DNA of 16,161 nucleotides from Candidatus Fraserbacteria bacterium (GCA_037443265.1 JBBIOR010000002.1:89049-105209); one strand, 5' to 3'; counted from the first letter of the stretch, positions 1 to 10,094 are shown. A program made the numbers and translations. The notes: generated by a model from the sequence alone, not told the origin.

Positions 1-61
1 GCTGAGGCTGAGGCTGAGGCTGAGGCTGAGGCTGAGGCTGAGGCTGAGGCTGAGGCTGAGG
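1..61. repeat. Perfect hexanucleotide tandem repeat (GCTGAG)x10+, encoding a (Pro-Gln)n tail of FtsH
   Basis: Directly visible. In the ftsH frame it reads ...[12 protein letters not shown]... (CCT CAG) to the window edge. Confidence 0.97.
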
Positions 62-1900
62 AGCAGTCTCCTTGAGCAGCTGGTCCAGCTTGTCGCCTTC
101 GAGGACCTCGACTTCTAAGAGCTTCGTGGCTAGCCTCTTGAGCGTCTCGCGGTGCTGGGTGAGCAAATCCTTGGCCCGCTCGTAGCAATGCTCGATGATG
201 GCTTTGATCTCCTCATCGACGACCGAGGACATCTTCTCGCTGTGCTCGCGGTTTAAGATCAAATCTTGGCCCAAGAAGACGTTGCCGTCCTCACGGCCCA
301 GATTGATGGGACCCACCCGCTCGCTCATCCCGTAGCTTACGACCATGCGCTTGGCGATCTCTGTGGCCTTCTTCAGATCGTCGTAGGCACCGGTGGTGAT
401 CTCCCCAAAGATGATCTCTTCGGCGGCCCGGCCTCCGAGCGTGCTGGTCAAGCGATCGAGCAATTCCTGCTTCGAGTAGAGATATTTGTCTTCCAGGGGG
501 AACTGCAGGGTGTATCCCAGGGCCTCGCCGCGGGGCACAATGGAGATGCGATGCACGGGATCGGCCTTGGGCAGGAGTTTTCCCACCAGGGCATGGCCCG
601 CCTCGTGATAGGCAATCTTAATCTTTTCCTCCTCGCTGATGAGCCGGCCCTTGCGCTCGATGCCCGCGATCACCCGATCGATGGCATCTTCAAAGTCTTT
701 GAGGCCGATAGAGTCTTTACCGCGGCGGGCCGCCAAGAGCGCGGCCTCATTGCAGAGATTCTCTAAATCCGCGCCGACGAAGCCAGGCGTACGGCGGGCC
801 AGAATCGCTAAGTCCACATCTTTTGCCAGCTTCTTGTTCTTCGTGTGGACTTTGAGAATGGCCTCGCGCCCCTTAATATCCGGAGGCGGGACGGTAATCT
901 TTCTGTCGAAGCGGCCGGGGCGCAAAAGAGCAGGATCTAAAATATCGGGGCGATTGGTGGCCGCCAACACGATCACGTGCTCGTTCTTCTCGAAGCCGTC
1001 CATCTCCGAGAGGAGTTGATTGAGCGTCTGCTCGCGCTCGTCGTGGCCGCCGCCGATGCCCGCCCCGCGCTTTCTTCCCACCGCATCGATCTCGTCAATG
1101 AAGATGATCGCGCCCTTCTTGCCCTTGGTCTCTTCTTTGGCCCTTCGGAAGAGATCACGCACCCGGGCCGCGCCCACTCCCACGAACATCTCCACGAAAT
1201 CACTGCCAGAGATCGAGAAGAACGGCACATCGGCCTCGCCTGCGATCGCCCGCGCCAGAAGAGTCTTGCCTGTGCCCGGCGTACCCACGAGCAAGACGCC
1301 CCGGGGGATCTGAGCCCCCAGGCGCACAAACTTCTGGGGATCTTTCAGATACTCGACGATCTCCTCGACTTCTTCTTTCACTTCATCGATGCCCGCCACA
1401 TCCGCGAAGGTAATCTTTGAATATTCTTTGTTGAAGATCCGCGCTTGGCTTCGGCCAAACGAGAAGGCACTGGTGCCTTCCCCCTGCATCCGGCGGATCA
1501 TCAAGAACCAGAGCATCCCGAAGAAGAAGAGCGGCAAAAGATAAATGAGAATCGTCCAGAACATCGAAAAGTCCTGCTCCGGCTCCACCTTGACCACTAC
1601 ATTCTTCTCCTTGAGCAGCTGAATTAAACCGGGATCATCAGGCCAGATGAACGTAGAGAATCTCTCTTTGCCGCCTTCGGACCAGGTGACTTGCCGGCCG
1701 CGGAGCACGACTTCGCCGACGCGGCCCTGCTCGACGGCTTGGAGGAAATCGCTATAGCTCTTGGCCTCGCCGGGAGCCGGCGCCCGCAGCGACTGCACCA
1801 GCACGATCACAAAGACCGCCGCGATGATCAGGAGCACAATCGTGCGGAAATTGCGGCTCCTTCGGCGCTGCTCGTCCTCAGGGCTCAGTTTGCCATTCAC
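1..1900 (-). CDS. ftsH: ATP-dependent zinc metalloprotease FtsH (3' end outside window)
   Basis: Absent from the ORF track because there is no stop in the window; translated by hand. GTG start at 1900 with RBS AAAGGAGAGG (1911-1920). Two N-terminal TM segments, [10 protein letters not shown], Walker [30 protein letters not shown], Walker [33 protein letters not shown] and the zinc motif AYHEAGHAL (about 590-610). Confidence 0.98.
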   Translation of the reverse strand, partial: MNGKLSPEDEQRRRSRNFRTIVLLIIAAVFVIVLVQSLRAPAPGEAKSYSDFLQAVEQGRVGEVVLRGRQVTWSEGGKERFSTFIWPDDPGLIQLLKEKNVVVKVEPEQDFSMFWTILIYLLPLFFFGMLWFLMIRRMQGEGTSAFSFGRSQARIFNKEYSKITFADVAGIDEVKEEVEEIVEYLKDPQKFVRLGAQIPRGVLLVGTPGTGKTLLARAIAGEADVPFFSISGSDFVEMFVGVGAARVRDLFRRAKEETKGKKGAIIFIDEIDAVGRKRGAGIGGGHDEREQTLNQLLSEMDGFEKNEHVIVLAATNRPDILDPALLRPGRFDRKITVPPPDIKGREAILKVHTKNKKLAKDVDLAILARRTPGFVGADLENLCNEAALLAARRGKDSIGLKDFEDAIDRVIAGIERKGRLISEEEKIKIAYHEAGHALVGKLLPKADPVHRISIVPRGEALGYTLQFPLEDKYLYSKQELLDRLTSTLGGRAAEEIIFGEITTGAYDDLKKATEIAKRMVVSYGMSERVGPINLGREDGNVFLGQDLILNREHSEKMSSVVDEEIKAIIEHCYERAKDLLTQHRETLKRLATKLLEVEVLEGDKLDQLLKETAPQPQPQPQPQPQPQPQPQPQ

Positions 1901-1936
1901 AGTCGCTGGACCTCTCCTTTAGCTGCCAGCTGGTTC

Positions 1937-1966
1937 ATTGTATCTCAAAGGAGTGGGAGACTTCAA
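1937..1966 (-). promoter_or_regulatory. Putative sigma70-type promoter of ftsH
   Basis: Minus strand TTGAAG-N18-TACAAT, upstream of the RBS. Confidence 0.55.
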
Positions 1967-1974
1967 GCAGAATC

Positions 1975-2895
1975 CTACTGAATTGCGTTTTGGGTCGCCT
2001 CCGTCGGATGACGGAGTGCGGAGACGACTCTCTGGGCGATCTCTAGGCCCGCGCGGCGCTGGGCCTCCTCCGTCTGCGCCCCGATGTGAGGCGTAAGAAT
2101 CACGCTCGGATGACCCCTCAAGCGCTCCTCGTTGGCCACATCCGCAGCATAGCCCGCCACTCGCCCCTCATCTAGAGCTTTGAGCATGGCAGCCTCATCC
2201 ACGACCTCGGCCCGCGCGGTGTTGACGACATAGACGCCCTCCTTCACGCGCTTAAGCGCCTCGGCGTCGAGCAGCTGCCGCGTCTCTTCCGTGAGCGGGA
2301 CGTGAATCGTGAGGATGTCGCTCCCGCCCAAGACGGCGTGGAAGTCGACTCGTTGGAGGGGCAGATCTTTTGGCCCGGCGGTGGGATCGGGCTCATGCGC
2401 GATGAGCTCCATGCCAAAGGCCGCCGCTAAATGGGCCACCCGGCTGCCGATGCGCCCCAGACCCACGATGCCCAGCCTCTTGCCCCGAAGCTCCCAGCCA
2501 TAAGTCTTGAGTCTTTCCCGCGAGCTGAAGGCCTTGGGCAGCTGGCGCGCCAGAGCGATGATCAAGCCCATCGTCAGCTCAGCTACGGCGTTCGCGTTGG
2601 CCTGTGGAGTATTGAGCACAAGCACATGAGCGCGCTCGGCCGCTTTAAGATCGATATTGTCCAGTCCCGTGCCAGCCCGGCCGATCACCCTGAGCTTAAA
2701 GCCTCGCCGGATCTCTTCGGCTCCCACGCGGGTGCGACTGCGCACGATCAGGGCATCGACTTCGCCTAGGGCCTGCAGCAGCTCCTGGCGGGAAATCTCC
2801 GGCTGTAGGAGCAATTCTACATCCGGCTGAGACGTAAGCCAAGCAATCGCCTCCGGATGCAACGGGTCACTCACTAGAATCTTAAACGCGTTCAT
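1975..2895 (-). CDS. serA: D-isomer-specific 2-hydroxyacid dehydrogenase, D-3-phosphoglycerate dehydrogenase-like, without ACT/ASB regulatory domains
   Basis: LIVRSRT, IGRAGTGLDNID, NANAVAE, Rossmann GLGRIG, HVPLTEET, NTAR and TPHIGAQTEEAQ. RBS GAGGAG upstream. The family is secure; the exact substrate is less so. Confidence 0.8.
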   Translation of the reverse strand: MNAFKILVSDPLHPEAIAWLTSQPDVELLLQPEISRQELLQALGEVDALIVRSRTRVGAEEIRRGFKLRVIGRAGTGLDNIDLKAAERAHVLVLNTPQANANAVAELTMGLIIALARQLPKAFSSRERLKTYGWELRGKRLGIVGLGRIGSRVAHLAAAFGMELIAHEPDPTAGPKDLPLQRVDFHAVLGGSDILTIHVPLTEETRQLLDAEALKRVKEGVYVVNTARAEVVDEAAMLKALDEGRVAGYAADVANEERLRGHPSVILTPHIGAQTEEAQRRAGLEIAQRVVSALRHPTEATQNAIQ

Positions 2896-2919
2896 GGCCT
2901 TTCTCCTCGATGGGTTTTT

Positions 2920-2948
2920 AATCTAGCAGGGAAGGCCCCGCTTGGCAA
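2920..2948 (-). promoter_or_regulatory. Putative sigma70-type promoter of the serA-like gene
   Basis: Minus strand TTGCCA-N17-TAGATT with an extended -10 TG (TGcTAGATT). Confidence 0.55.
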
Positions 2949-2982
2949 GCCGCCTCCCTCTCTGATATGCTCTCTTGACACC

Positions 2983-5900
2983 ATGAAGCGAAAGTCTTTT
3001 ATGCTGTGTATCGCGGCAATCGCGTCCATCGGCAGCGCGTTGCAGGCGGCGGCCCAACTCCCCGAGCTGGCCCAAAGCCCCTCGTATAAAGTCTCCGGGC
3101 AGATCAGCTGGCTCTTGCGCTATGGAGGAGGTGACGGGCAAGGCTTAAGCCAAAAGGGCTACTCCCGAGGCCTCTTCTTCTCCCAGGCCCTCAGCCTCGA
3201 TGCCGACATTTCAGTGAGAGTCGAACGCCCCATGGCGGGCATCCTCTCGCTCAGGGCGCTCTTGGACAATCAACAGCCGGACTTCTTGCAGTCGCTCGAG
3301 ATGCGCTGGCAGGCTAGAAGCTGGCAGATCGAATTCGGAGATTTTCCGATGGGCCGGCCAGGAAGCCTCTTGGCCTCCCCTTCCAGGCTGCTCAAGGGCT
3401 TTCGGGCAGAGTGGCAGCTGAGCGATCGTCTCACCCTGGGCGGGATCTACTCCCAAGTCTCCGGCATCCTGCAATCGCGCACCTTCCGCGGGAACAGCGT
3501 GGAGCAGACGATCACGTTCGCGTTCCGTCGGCCCGACCGACCCCTGCTCGAAGAGCCGTATCTGCGCAACCTCCGCGGCCTAGATTATTTCCCGTTGGGA
3601 AAGAGCTACGTGGAGGGCTTCACCCCAGTGAGCCTGGCCTTCAAAGCGGACTCCCGACTCGAGGAGATCCTGCGGGACTATGACTTAGGCTCTCTGTTCA
3701 AGACGATCGCAGATGATCCTGAGCTGGATCTCGATCCCTCTGCCTACACGGTGATCTTCACCGGCGAGGAATATTTTCTAGCGCTCACCCGTGAGTTCTT
3801 AGCCCTCGTCCGAGAACGTCTCTTAAAATATATCGACGACTACAATCTCGCTTATGGGAGAAGCGGGGAAGATCGCAAGGAGTACCCCTTCAGCGAGGGC
3901 ACAGAGTATGAGCTAGGGTTTCTTAGGCGCCTGAGCGAGATCGTCGCCCTGAAAGTGGGCTCGCTCTCTTTCCGAGCGCAGGACGCCGCCCGCCAGAGAT
4001 TCTATGCCCTGGGGCATCAAGATATTCAAGCCGAGAGCCTGAAGATAGAGATCAAACTCGAAGAGGATTTTAAAGATATTCGCGACCCGGCTCTGGGGGA
4101 TTATAGATATAAAATCTACGCCGATGTGGGCATAATTGAGCTCGATTTTCCCGCGGATTTCTTTAAGAACCCCCAGAGCGGCGTGCGGGTGACCTATAGC
4201 TATCAATCGGGCTCGGGGACGTATGTGCTTGGGCTCTCCATCCTCAAGGGGAGCGAAAAAGTCTACCTCAACGGCCAGCTGCTCCAGTCTGGAGTGGACT
4301 ATCTCATAGAGTATGAGACGGGCTTCCTGATTCTTCTTAGGGAGATCAAGAGCGATGATGTGCTGCGCGTGGATTACGAGCTGGCCCGTGGGGCGCTGGG
4401 AGTCGGCGGCGACTACGGCCAGAGCTTCCAGGGCCTGACGCTCTCGTATGCGCCGCTTACGAACTTGAAGCTCAATTTTGATCTGCTGCAGTCGTTCGAG
4501 ACTCCTAGGCCGGGCGCCGCCCCTGAGACTCTGCCCACCATGCCCAACACCCACACCGTGCTGGGCATAAGCGGCCGGCTGGAGAACGAAACGCTTCAGA
4601 GCCAGTTCGAGGCCGGCTTTACGATCAATCGCTTCCCGCCGGATGACAATCTCAAAGAGAATCTCCCCAATAGAATCAATGCCATCTATGCCTTCGAGCA
4701 CGGGGGGCGAGCCTTACTGCTCTTCGGCCACCGCAATGGGCTTCTGGTCTACGACGGCCGCGACTGGAGCTCCTATGGCCTGGCGGAGGGCTTAAGCGGC
4801 CTGACGATCTATGACATCGCCCAAGCTCCCGAACAGCTGGTCCTGGCGACTTCGGGAGGGATCTCGCTCGTCAGAATCCAGCCGGGAGATCCCTCCTCCA
4901 GCTTCGCCCGCCGGGCCAACTGGAAGAGCCTCTCGGAACAAGACGGCCTGCCCAGCAGCACCGTCTACGCCCTGCTCATCGAGGGTGGCCAGCTTTGGGC
5001 AGGCACGGAGAAGGGCCTAGCCCAGGCCCCTCTTACGGATTTGACCCGCTGGAAAGTCTTCGATCGCCGCACGCATCCGGAGATGCTGAGCGAGCGCGTC
5101 TTTGAGCTGGCTGCCTCCCGAGGCCGGATCTACGTGGGCACAGACAAGGGCCTTATGATCTTTGACCCGCAGACGGAGAGGTTTCAGATGGTGGAAGATC
5201 TTCGCGGGCTCCCTATTCGCGCGCTCGCCATAGACGGCCCGCTGGTCTACGCGGCGACGGATCGAGGCGTGCGCGCCCTAGAAGACGGGCTTTTGCTCGG
5301 CTGGATCGTCTCGAACACCCCTGTTAAGGCCATGGCTGTGATGGGCGGCGAGTTCTGGTACAGCACTCCCCAAGGGCTCTATGGGCTTAAGAAGGGCCTG
5401 ATTGCCGAGACGCGCGGGAGAGTCATCACGGCGCTGGGCGGCTCAGGGGAGGCCCTCTGGGCCGGAGAAGAGGCCACGGAAGAGTATGAGCTCATTCTAT
5501 TTGAGGTCCGCTCGGATCTGGAAGGAGCCCGCCGCCATCTTCAGGCGGAGACGCTTCTCGACGGCCGGGCCCGCGATCGCTATCGGGACATTCCCGCTTT
5601 TGAGCACACGGACTACGGCTGGATCGGCCGCTGGCTGATGAGCAAACAGCTGGGGCCCCTTAAGCTCGAAGGTTCTCTTGAAGGCAGCTCGCCCCGATAC
5701 ACCCCCATCGGCACGCTCAGTCGCCAGGATCAACTGAGACTGGGCCTCAGCGCGCTCTACCCCCTGAGTGAAGCCCTAAGCGTGCGCGCCCGCCACGAGG
5801 AGGGACTCTCAGATCTCTTCCGGGCCCCGTCTTTGACCCTGCAAGATGGGATTGGGCTCCAGTTCAGCTCAGCTTCCGGCCCCCAGCTCAGTTTAGAATA

Positions 5901-7032
5901 CACCATCCGCCACATCGATCAGGATCTAAAGAGGCCAGGCTACGATCGCCAGGAGTGGGCCTATACTCTATCGGCCCTCCAGAGATTTTTGGACTCGCGC
6001 CTCACGCTCCGGCTCAGCTACGAGCTCTCTCAGACGGAGGCCCCACGACAGCCGCTCTACTCGTCTTGGCTGAGCAATCTGAACGGCCAGGCGACGTTCC
6101 ATGCCCTGCCGGGCCTTACGCTTAGGCTCAACTATCGTCTGCCGATCCAGTGGCGCTTCGGTCAGACGCTCGGAGATCACCGGCTGGATTGGGGAGCGCA
6201 ATATTCCACGGGGCTCGTGTTGGCGCAGTTGCCCCTCTCCGTGGACGCCAGCTACGGCGGCCGAAGCCAGCTCTCTCTCGCTGGCCTGGGGAACGCTCTG
6301 GATCAAGATGCCAGCGTGCTCTTTAGAGTAGCAGCCGTGCAGCTGGGCGGGCTGACTCTGCTGCCCCAGGCGTCCTTCTCCCTGCGCTCGGGGGATCTCT
6401 TCGGTCCCAATGCCAGTTTTCAATGGAGCGGCGAGGGCACGCTCGAGGGGCGCCTTTTGGACCTGAGCGGCCGCCTCACCTACAGGAGGGCGCAATTCTC
6501 CTATCCCCGCAGCCAGCTCGCTCGCCTCCAAGACAGCTTAAGGATCAGCCTGGACTATCAGGGCTTCTCAAGCCTACGGCCCACTTTGGAGCTCTTCGGC
6601 ACGCTGGAGACGCTCGCCCACCCCCTCTTTGGGCGCAAGACCCGCGGGCAATATGACATCGCTTTGAGAGTCGTATGGCAGGCCCTAGGGCCGCTTCAGG
6701 CCGAGCTTCAGCTCAGCCATCGCCGGGAAGAGAACGATCGGGCGCGAACGGCCTCGTATCTGCTCCAGCAGAGCCTACAGTATGCGCTTCTGCCAGGCTT
6801 AGCCCCCCGGCTAGACTTTCAAGTCGAGTATGTCCTGGGTCAGGAGGGAGGGGAGGCCGTGGAGAGGCTGTCGGGAGAGCTTACGCTCGCTTCCGAACTG
6901 AAACTCATGGAAGAGTGGAGCGCGACTCTTTCTGGGGCGTATCTTTTCGGGCTCGACGCGATCCGCCCTTCTGGGTCGTATCATAGCTTCGCCCTCACGC
7001 TGCAAGTGGGGCGCCCCTTTGCCCTCTTTTAG
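2983..7032 (+). CDS. Large outer-membrane beta-barrel protein with SprA/Sov-like motifs and an inserted beta-propeller (putative T9SS-like translocon)
   Basis: 1349 aa with a Sec signal peptide. Motif GSEKVYLNGQLLQSGVDYLIEYETGFLIL...LRVDYE (about 4249-4380) resembles the SprA EGVDYxVDYxxG segment and is preceded by a degenerate copy (about 3997-4200). Reg_prop-like repeats (GLSGLTIYDI, GLPSSTVYALLIEGGQLWAGTEKGL, IYVGTDKGL; about 4660-5520). Long amphipathic beta-strand C-terminal region ending in Phe. Confidence 0.65.
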   Translation: MKRKSFMLCIAAIASIGSALQAAAQLPELAQSPSYKVSGQISWLLRYGGGDGQGLSQKGYSRGLFFSQALSLDADISVRVERPMAGILSLRALLDNQQPDFLQSLEMRWQARSWQIEFGDFPMGRPGSLLASPSRLLKGFRAEWQLSDRLTLGGIYSQVSGILQSRTFRGNSVEQTITFAFRRPDRPLLEEPYLRNLRGLDYFPLGKSYVEGFTPVSLAFKADSRLEEILRDYDLGSLFKTIADDPELDLDPSAYTVIFTGEEYFLALTREFLALVRERLLKYIDDYNLAYGRSGEDRKEYPFSEGTEYELGFLRRLSEIVALKVGSLSFRAQDAARQRFYALGHQDIQAESLKIEIKLEEDFKDIRDPALGDYRYKIYADVGIIELDFPADFFKNPQSGVRVTYSYQSGSGTYVLGLSILKGSEKVYLNGQLLQSGVDYLIEYETGFLILLREIKSDDVLRVDYELARGALGVGGDYGQSFQGLTLSYAPLTNLKLNFDLLQSFETPRPGAAPETLPTMPNTHTVLGISGRLENETLQSQFEAGFTINRFPPDDNLKENLPNRINAIYAFEHGGRALLLFGHRNGLLVYDGRDWSSYGLAEGLSGLTIYDIAQAPEQLVLATSGGISLVRIQPGDPSSSFARRANWKSLSEQDGLPSSTVYALLIEGGQLWAGTEKGLAQAPLTDLTRWKVFDRRTHPEMLSERVFELAASRGRIYVGTDKGLMIFDPQTERFQMVEDLRGLPIRALAIDGPLVYAATDRGVRALEDGLLLGWIVSNTPVKAMAVMGGEFWYSTPQGLYGLKKGLIAETRGRVITALGGSGEALWAGEEATEEYELILFEVRSDLEGARRHLQAETLLDGRARDRYRDIPAFEHTDYGWIGRWLMSKQLGPLKLEGSLEGSSPRYTPIGTLSRQDQLRLGLSALYPLSEALSVRARHEEGLSDLFRAPSLTLQDGIGLQFSSASGPQLSLEYTIRHIDQDLKRPGYDRQEWAYTLSALQRFLDSRLTLRLSYELSQTEAPRQPLYSSWLSNLNGQATFHALPGLTLRLNYRLPIQWRFGQTLGDHRLDWGAQYSTGLVLAQLPLSVDASYGGRSQLSLAGLGNALDQDASVLFRVAAVQLGGLTLLPQASFSLRSGDLFGPNASFQWSGEGTLEGRLLDLSGRLTYRRAQFSYPRSQLARLQDSLRISLDYQGFSSLRPTLELFGTLETLAHPLFGRKTRGQYDIALRVVWQALGPLQAELQLSHRREENDRARTASYLLQQSLQYALLPGLAPRLDFQVEYVLGQEGGEAVERLSGELTLASELKLMEEWSATLSGAYLFGLDAIRPSGSYHSFALTLQVGRPFALF

Positions 7033-7035
7033 GGC

Positions 7036-8034
7036 TCAATGAGTCGGATCGTCTGGCGGGCAGAACTCCGGCCTGAGCGCACACAACAGCACATTCGGCG
7101 GCCCAAACACAGCTGAGAACGAGATCCTGTGAACACCCGGAAGCACCGGATGCCAAGCAAAGGCATAATCCACTCGAAAATCATTGACTCTTAGGCCAAA
7201 GCCGATGCTGGGCGCAAGCAGCGACCCCAGATTCTTAAGCCCCAGACGGACGCTGAGCTCCGCCATGCCCAGGGTCTCGAGGCCCCGCAGCTGCCACTCG
7301 CCCCCCAGATGGAAGGTCCCATTCGCTTCCACATCGAAGGCCATAGATAGGCCATCGGGAAGCGTGGCGGCGGCTCCCAGCCTAAGCCCCGGCCCCCAGG
7401 ATTCGTAATGCCCGCGGCCGTAAGAGATCCCCGGGCTCAAAAGATCTGAAGCGATCAGCCCAAAGCGCAGAGTCTGCACGGGAATTCCGGCCAAGAGCAA
7501 GCGCTCCTGCCTCCACAAGAGGCTGGGCGCGAGCGAAAGGGTCGTCCCGCTGCCCTCAGGGAGCGTGTTGACGCGATAGATCTTAAGCTGAAGCCCCACG
7601 GCCAGAGGCAGATCCAGCTCCAAGGGGGCTTCGCTCAGCCAGAGGCCCGCACCGGCTATGAGGCCCAGCTGCCCATAGGGCAGCTCTCCCAGAGGCACGG
7701 CCCGTTCATCGCGCTCCGAGATGCCTGGGATGCCGAGGAAGAAGAGTTGCCCTCCGAAGTTGGGCAGAGCCAACGCGAGCGTGCCGTAGTTGACGCGCGC
7801 AAAGCGACTCTCGTAGAGGCCACTAAAATATAATTCTTTCAGGGACGCCAAAGCCGCGGGGTTATAAAAAATGGCGTGCTCGTCCTCCGCCAAGGCGACG
7901 AAGGCCCCGCCCATCGCCAAAGGACGCGCACCCTCCTCCAGTTCGAAGAGGCCCACCAAGCTCTGGGCACGGACGGCTGACGGCTGATAGCTGAAGGCTA
8001 AAAGGGCCAGCAGCACGGCTGTTAAGATCTTCAT
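7036..8034 (-). CDS. PorV/PorQ-like (UPF0164, FadL-fold) outer-membrane protein, copy B
   Basis: Signal peptide; family signature GARPLAMGGAFVALAEDEHAIFYNPAALA; C-terminal GFGL...FRVDYAF...HRISF. The start overlaps the upstream stop (ATGA). Confidence 0.85.
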   Translation of the reverse strand: MKILTAVLLALLAFSYQPSAVRAQSLVGLFELEEGARPLAMGGAFVALAEDEHAIFYNPAALASLKELYFSGLYESRFARVNYGTLALALPNFGGQLFFLGIPGISERDERAVPLGELPYGQLGLIAGAGLWLSEAPLELDLPLAVGLQLKIYRVNTLPEGSGTTLSLAPSLLWRQERLLLAGIPVQTLRFGLIASDLLSPGISYGRGHYESWGPGLRLGAAATLPDGLSMAFDVEANGTFHLGGEWQLRGLETLGMAELSVRLGLKNLGSLLAPSIGFGLRVNDFRVDYAFAWHPVLPGVHRISFSAVFGPPNVLLCALRPEFCPPDDPTH

Positions 8035-9107
8035 CGTTGGATCACCAACACCTCCACGCGCGAGGTGAGCACCCCGCCGGGCGTAGCAGCTCGCACCAGG
8101 AAGAAATAAGGCCCGTTGGGCACAGGACTACCGCGCTCATCCCTGAGGTCCCAGAAGAACTCCCTTCGCGTGACATCGAGCGGGCGGGTCAAGACCGGTC
8201 GGCCCAAAAGATCAAACAAAAAGAGCGTCGCCTGCGTGGTCCCCTCCGGCAGGAAATAGACGAACCGAGTGAAGGTCCGGGCCGGATTGGGGGCCACCGT
8301 CACCAGGATCTCATTGGGTCCAGGAGCCTGGAAGACGTAGAGACGCTTGACGACTTCGCCGCTCGCGCCGCGGTTATCCGTGACCGTGAGCCGGACGGTG
8401 TAGATCCCGCTTTGAGCAAATCTATGAGAGGGGGTCTGGACGTCAGAGGTCGTGCCGTCGCCAAAATCCCAGAGCCAGCGGGTGATCCGGCCGTCGGGAT
8501 CTCGAGAGCGATCGAGGAATTGAAGGGTGTCGCGGGCGCTGGGGAATGGGGGCGTCCAGTCAAAATCGGCCACGGGCGGCTGATTGACCCCTGATATAAT
8601 GCGAATTATTCCAGGCACCACACGGTGGGGGATGAGTTGAAACTGCCGATTGTGGAAGAACTCAAAGGCGGGATTGAGGGTGGCCGTCTGCCCCACAGCT
8701 CCGGCGGCTTTAATAATCAAGCGAAAGAGCTCGCCCTCGGCGATGCCTTCTTCTCCCTGCGGGCCGGGGCACTTGGTCGCCGCGAAGCGCACTACTTCCG
8801 CTTCAATCTTCGCGGCCGTCACGGGGCAGTCCGGGGGAAACTCGACCCGCAGAACTTCGATCACCGCGGGATTGAAGCTGAGAGTCCCTTGGTAGCTCAC
8901 CAGCTTCATGTCTGCAGGAATGTCTTTGACCGTGACTTGGATCGTCGCCTCTGCTCCCTGGGGGACATCGGCACTTTCTACGGTGATGACCGCCTGAGGC
9001 TGTCCTGAGGGCGTCTGGACTTGAGAGAAGGCCGGAAGAGCCCCCACCCAGAGTAAAATCAAGCCCGACAGGGCCAGGCCTATGCGTCGCTTGCCCATTC
9101 TGGTCAT
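8031..9107 (-). CDS. Secreted cohesin-like + PKD + T9SS type-A-like/FlgD-Ig C-terminal domain protein, copy B
   Basis: Signal peptide; cohesin-like YQGTLSFNPAVIEV...GELFRL; PKD NQPPVADF...WLWDFGDG...YTVRLTVTD; CTD VAPNPA...FDLLGR...WDLRDERGSPVPNGPYFF...LVIQR. RBS AAAGGGG. Confidence 0.85.
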   Translation of the reverse strand: MTRMGKRRIGLALSGLILLWVGALPAFSQVQTPSGQPQAVITVESADVPQGAEATIQVTVKDIPADMKLVSYQGTLSFNPAVIEVLRVEFPPDCPVTAAKIEAEVVRFAATKCPGPQGEEGIAEGELFRLIIKAAGAVGQTATLNPAFEFFHNRQFQLIPHRVVPGIIRIISGVNQPPVADFDWTPPFPSARDTLQFLDRSRDPDGRITRWLWDFGDGTTSDVQTPSHRFAQSGIYTVRLTVTDNRGASGEVVKRLYVFQAPGPNEILVTVAPNPARTFTRFVYFLPEGTTQATLFLFDLLGRPVLTRPLDVTRREFFWDLRDERGSPVPNGPYFFLVRAATPGGVLTSRVEVLVIQR

Positions 9108-9143
9108 CGCTCTTCCCCTTTCTGTGCACCTTACGCTTCCAGG

Positions 9144-10094
9144 CTACAGCCGCCAAGAGAGAGAGAGTCGATGGGAGCCTGGAAGCTCGGGATGGCTCAC
9201 GAAGGCGTAATCGATTTGAAAGTCCTGCACTGTAAGGCCCAGGCCCAGGGTGATCGAAAGGAGTCCTTCGCGGACCATGCCCCCAAGACGGATCGCCAGA
9301 TCTCCCATCTCGGCCAGGGGCCTTAGGCGCACTTCGCCTCCCAGATGGAACTCAAAGGGGACAGCCAAGTCAAGTCCGATGGCCAGTCTTGGCATGAGCA
9401 CGGCCGAGCCCAGGCGCAGTCGAATCGGCCAGCCCTCCCGGCGGCCGCTTGCGGAGAGCGTCCCGGTGCTCAGCAGATTCTCCATGGTCAGGCCCGCTCG
9501 CAGGGCCTCCAGCCTAAAGCCCGCCAGTTTCACCTCGGGCAGACTCATCAAGAACGAGGGGTCGAGTCCGAAGCCTGCGCCGCTTGCGGGGCCCAGGGTG
9601 CTCACGAAGAGCACCTTCGCTCTCAGACCTGCAGAGAAGCCTTGCAGGCCGCGCGTCCTGCTCCCCACCCAGGGCAGCTCGCTCAGACTCACCCCAGTAG
9701 CCCCCATCAGGGCCAGTTGGAGATGGCTGAAGGAGCCCTGGGGCTGATCGTTGGCATCGCGCTGTTCTACGCTGCCGAAGTTGAAGAGCGAAAGCCCTAC
9801 TCCCAAGCGGCGCATGCCAAAGGCGGCGCTCAGGTAATCTGAGCTGGCAAAATGGCTCTCGTAGAAGGCGCTCACCCGCAGATCTTCCAGAAAAGCCAGC
9901 CCAGCTGGATTGTAGTAGAGCGCCTGCTCGTCATCGGCGAGGGCCGCAAAGGCCTCCCCCATCCCCAGCGCGCGCACTCCTGCGCCCAGCTCGAAGAGCG
10001 TCCAGGTGGGAAGCTGAGAGAAGCCGCTCAGAGCCAGCATAGCCAAAAGTCCCAGCGCTACCCCCAACGCTTGCAGCTTCTTTGTCATGTCCAT
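9144..10094 (-). CDS. PorV/PorQ-like (UPF0164, FadL-fold) outer-membrane protein, copy A
   Basis: Signal peptide; GVRALGMGEAFAALADDEQALYYNPAGLA; C-terminal GLGL...FQIDYAF...SHRLSLSWRL. Confidence 0.87.
   Translation of the reverse strand: MDMTKKLQALGVALGLLAMLALSGFSQLPTWTLFELGAGVRALGMGEAFAALADDEQALYYNPAGLAFLEDLRVSAFYESHFASSDYLSAAFGMRRLGVGLSLFNFGSVEQRDANDQPQGSFSHLQLALMGATGVSLSELPWVGSRTRGLQGFSAGLRAKVLFVSTLGPASGAGFGLDPSFLMSLPEVKLAGFRLEALRAGLTMENLLSTGTLSASGRREGWPIRLRLGSAVLMPRLAIGLDLAVPFEFHLGGEVRLRPLAEMGDLAIRLGGMVREGLLSITLGLGLTVQDFQIDYAFVSHPELPGSHRLSLSWRL

Noticed and set aside
266..1981. Plus-strand ORFs and the alternate-frame minus ORF over ftsH
   Set aside because: Shadow ORFs of a GC-rich conserved gene.
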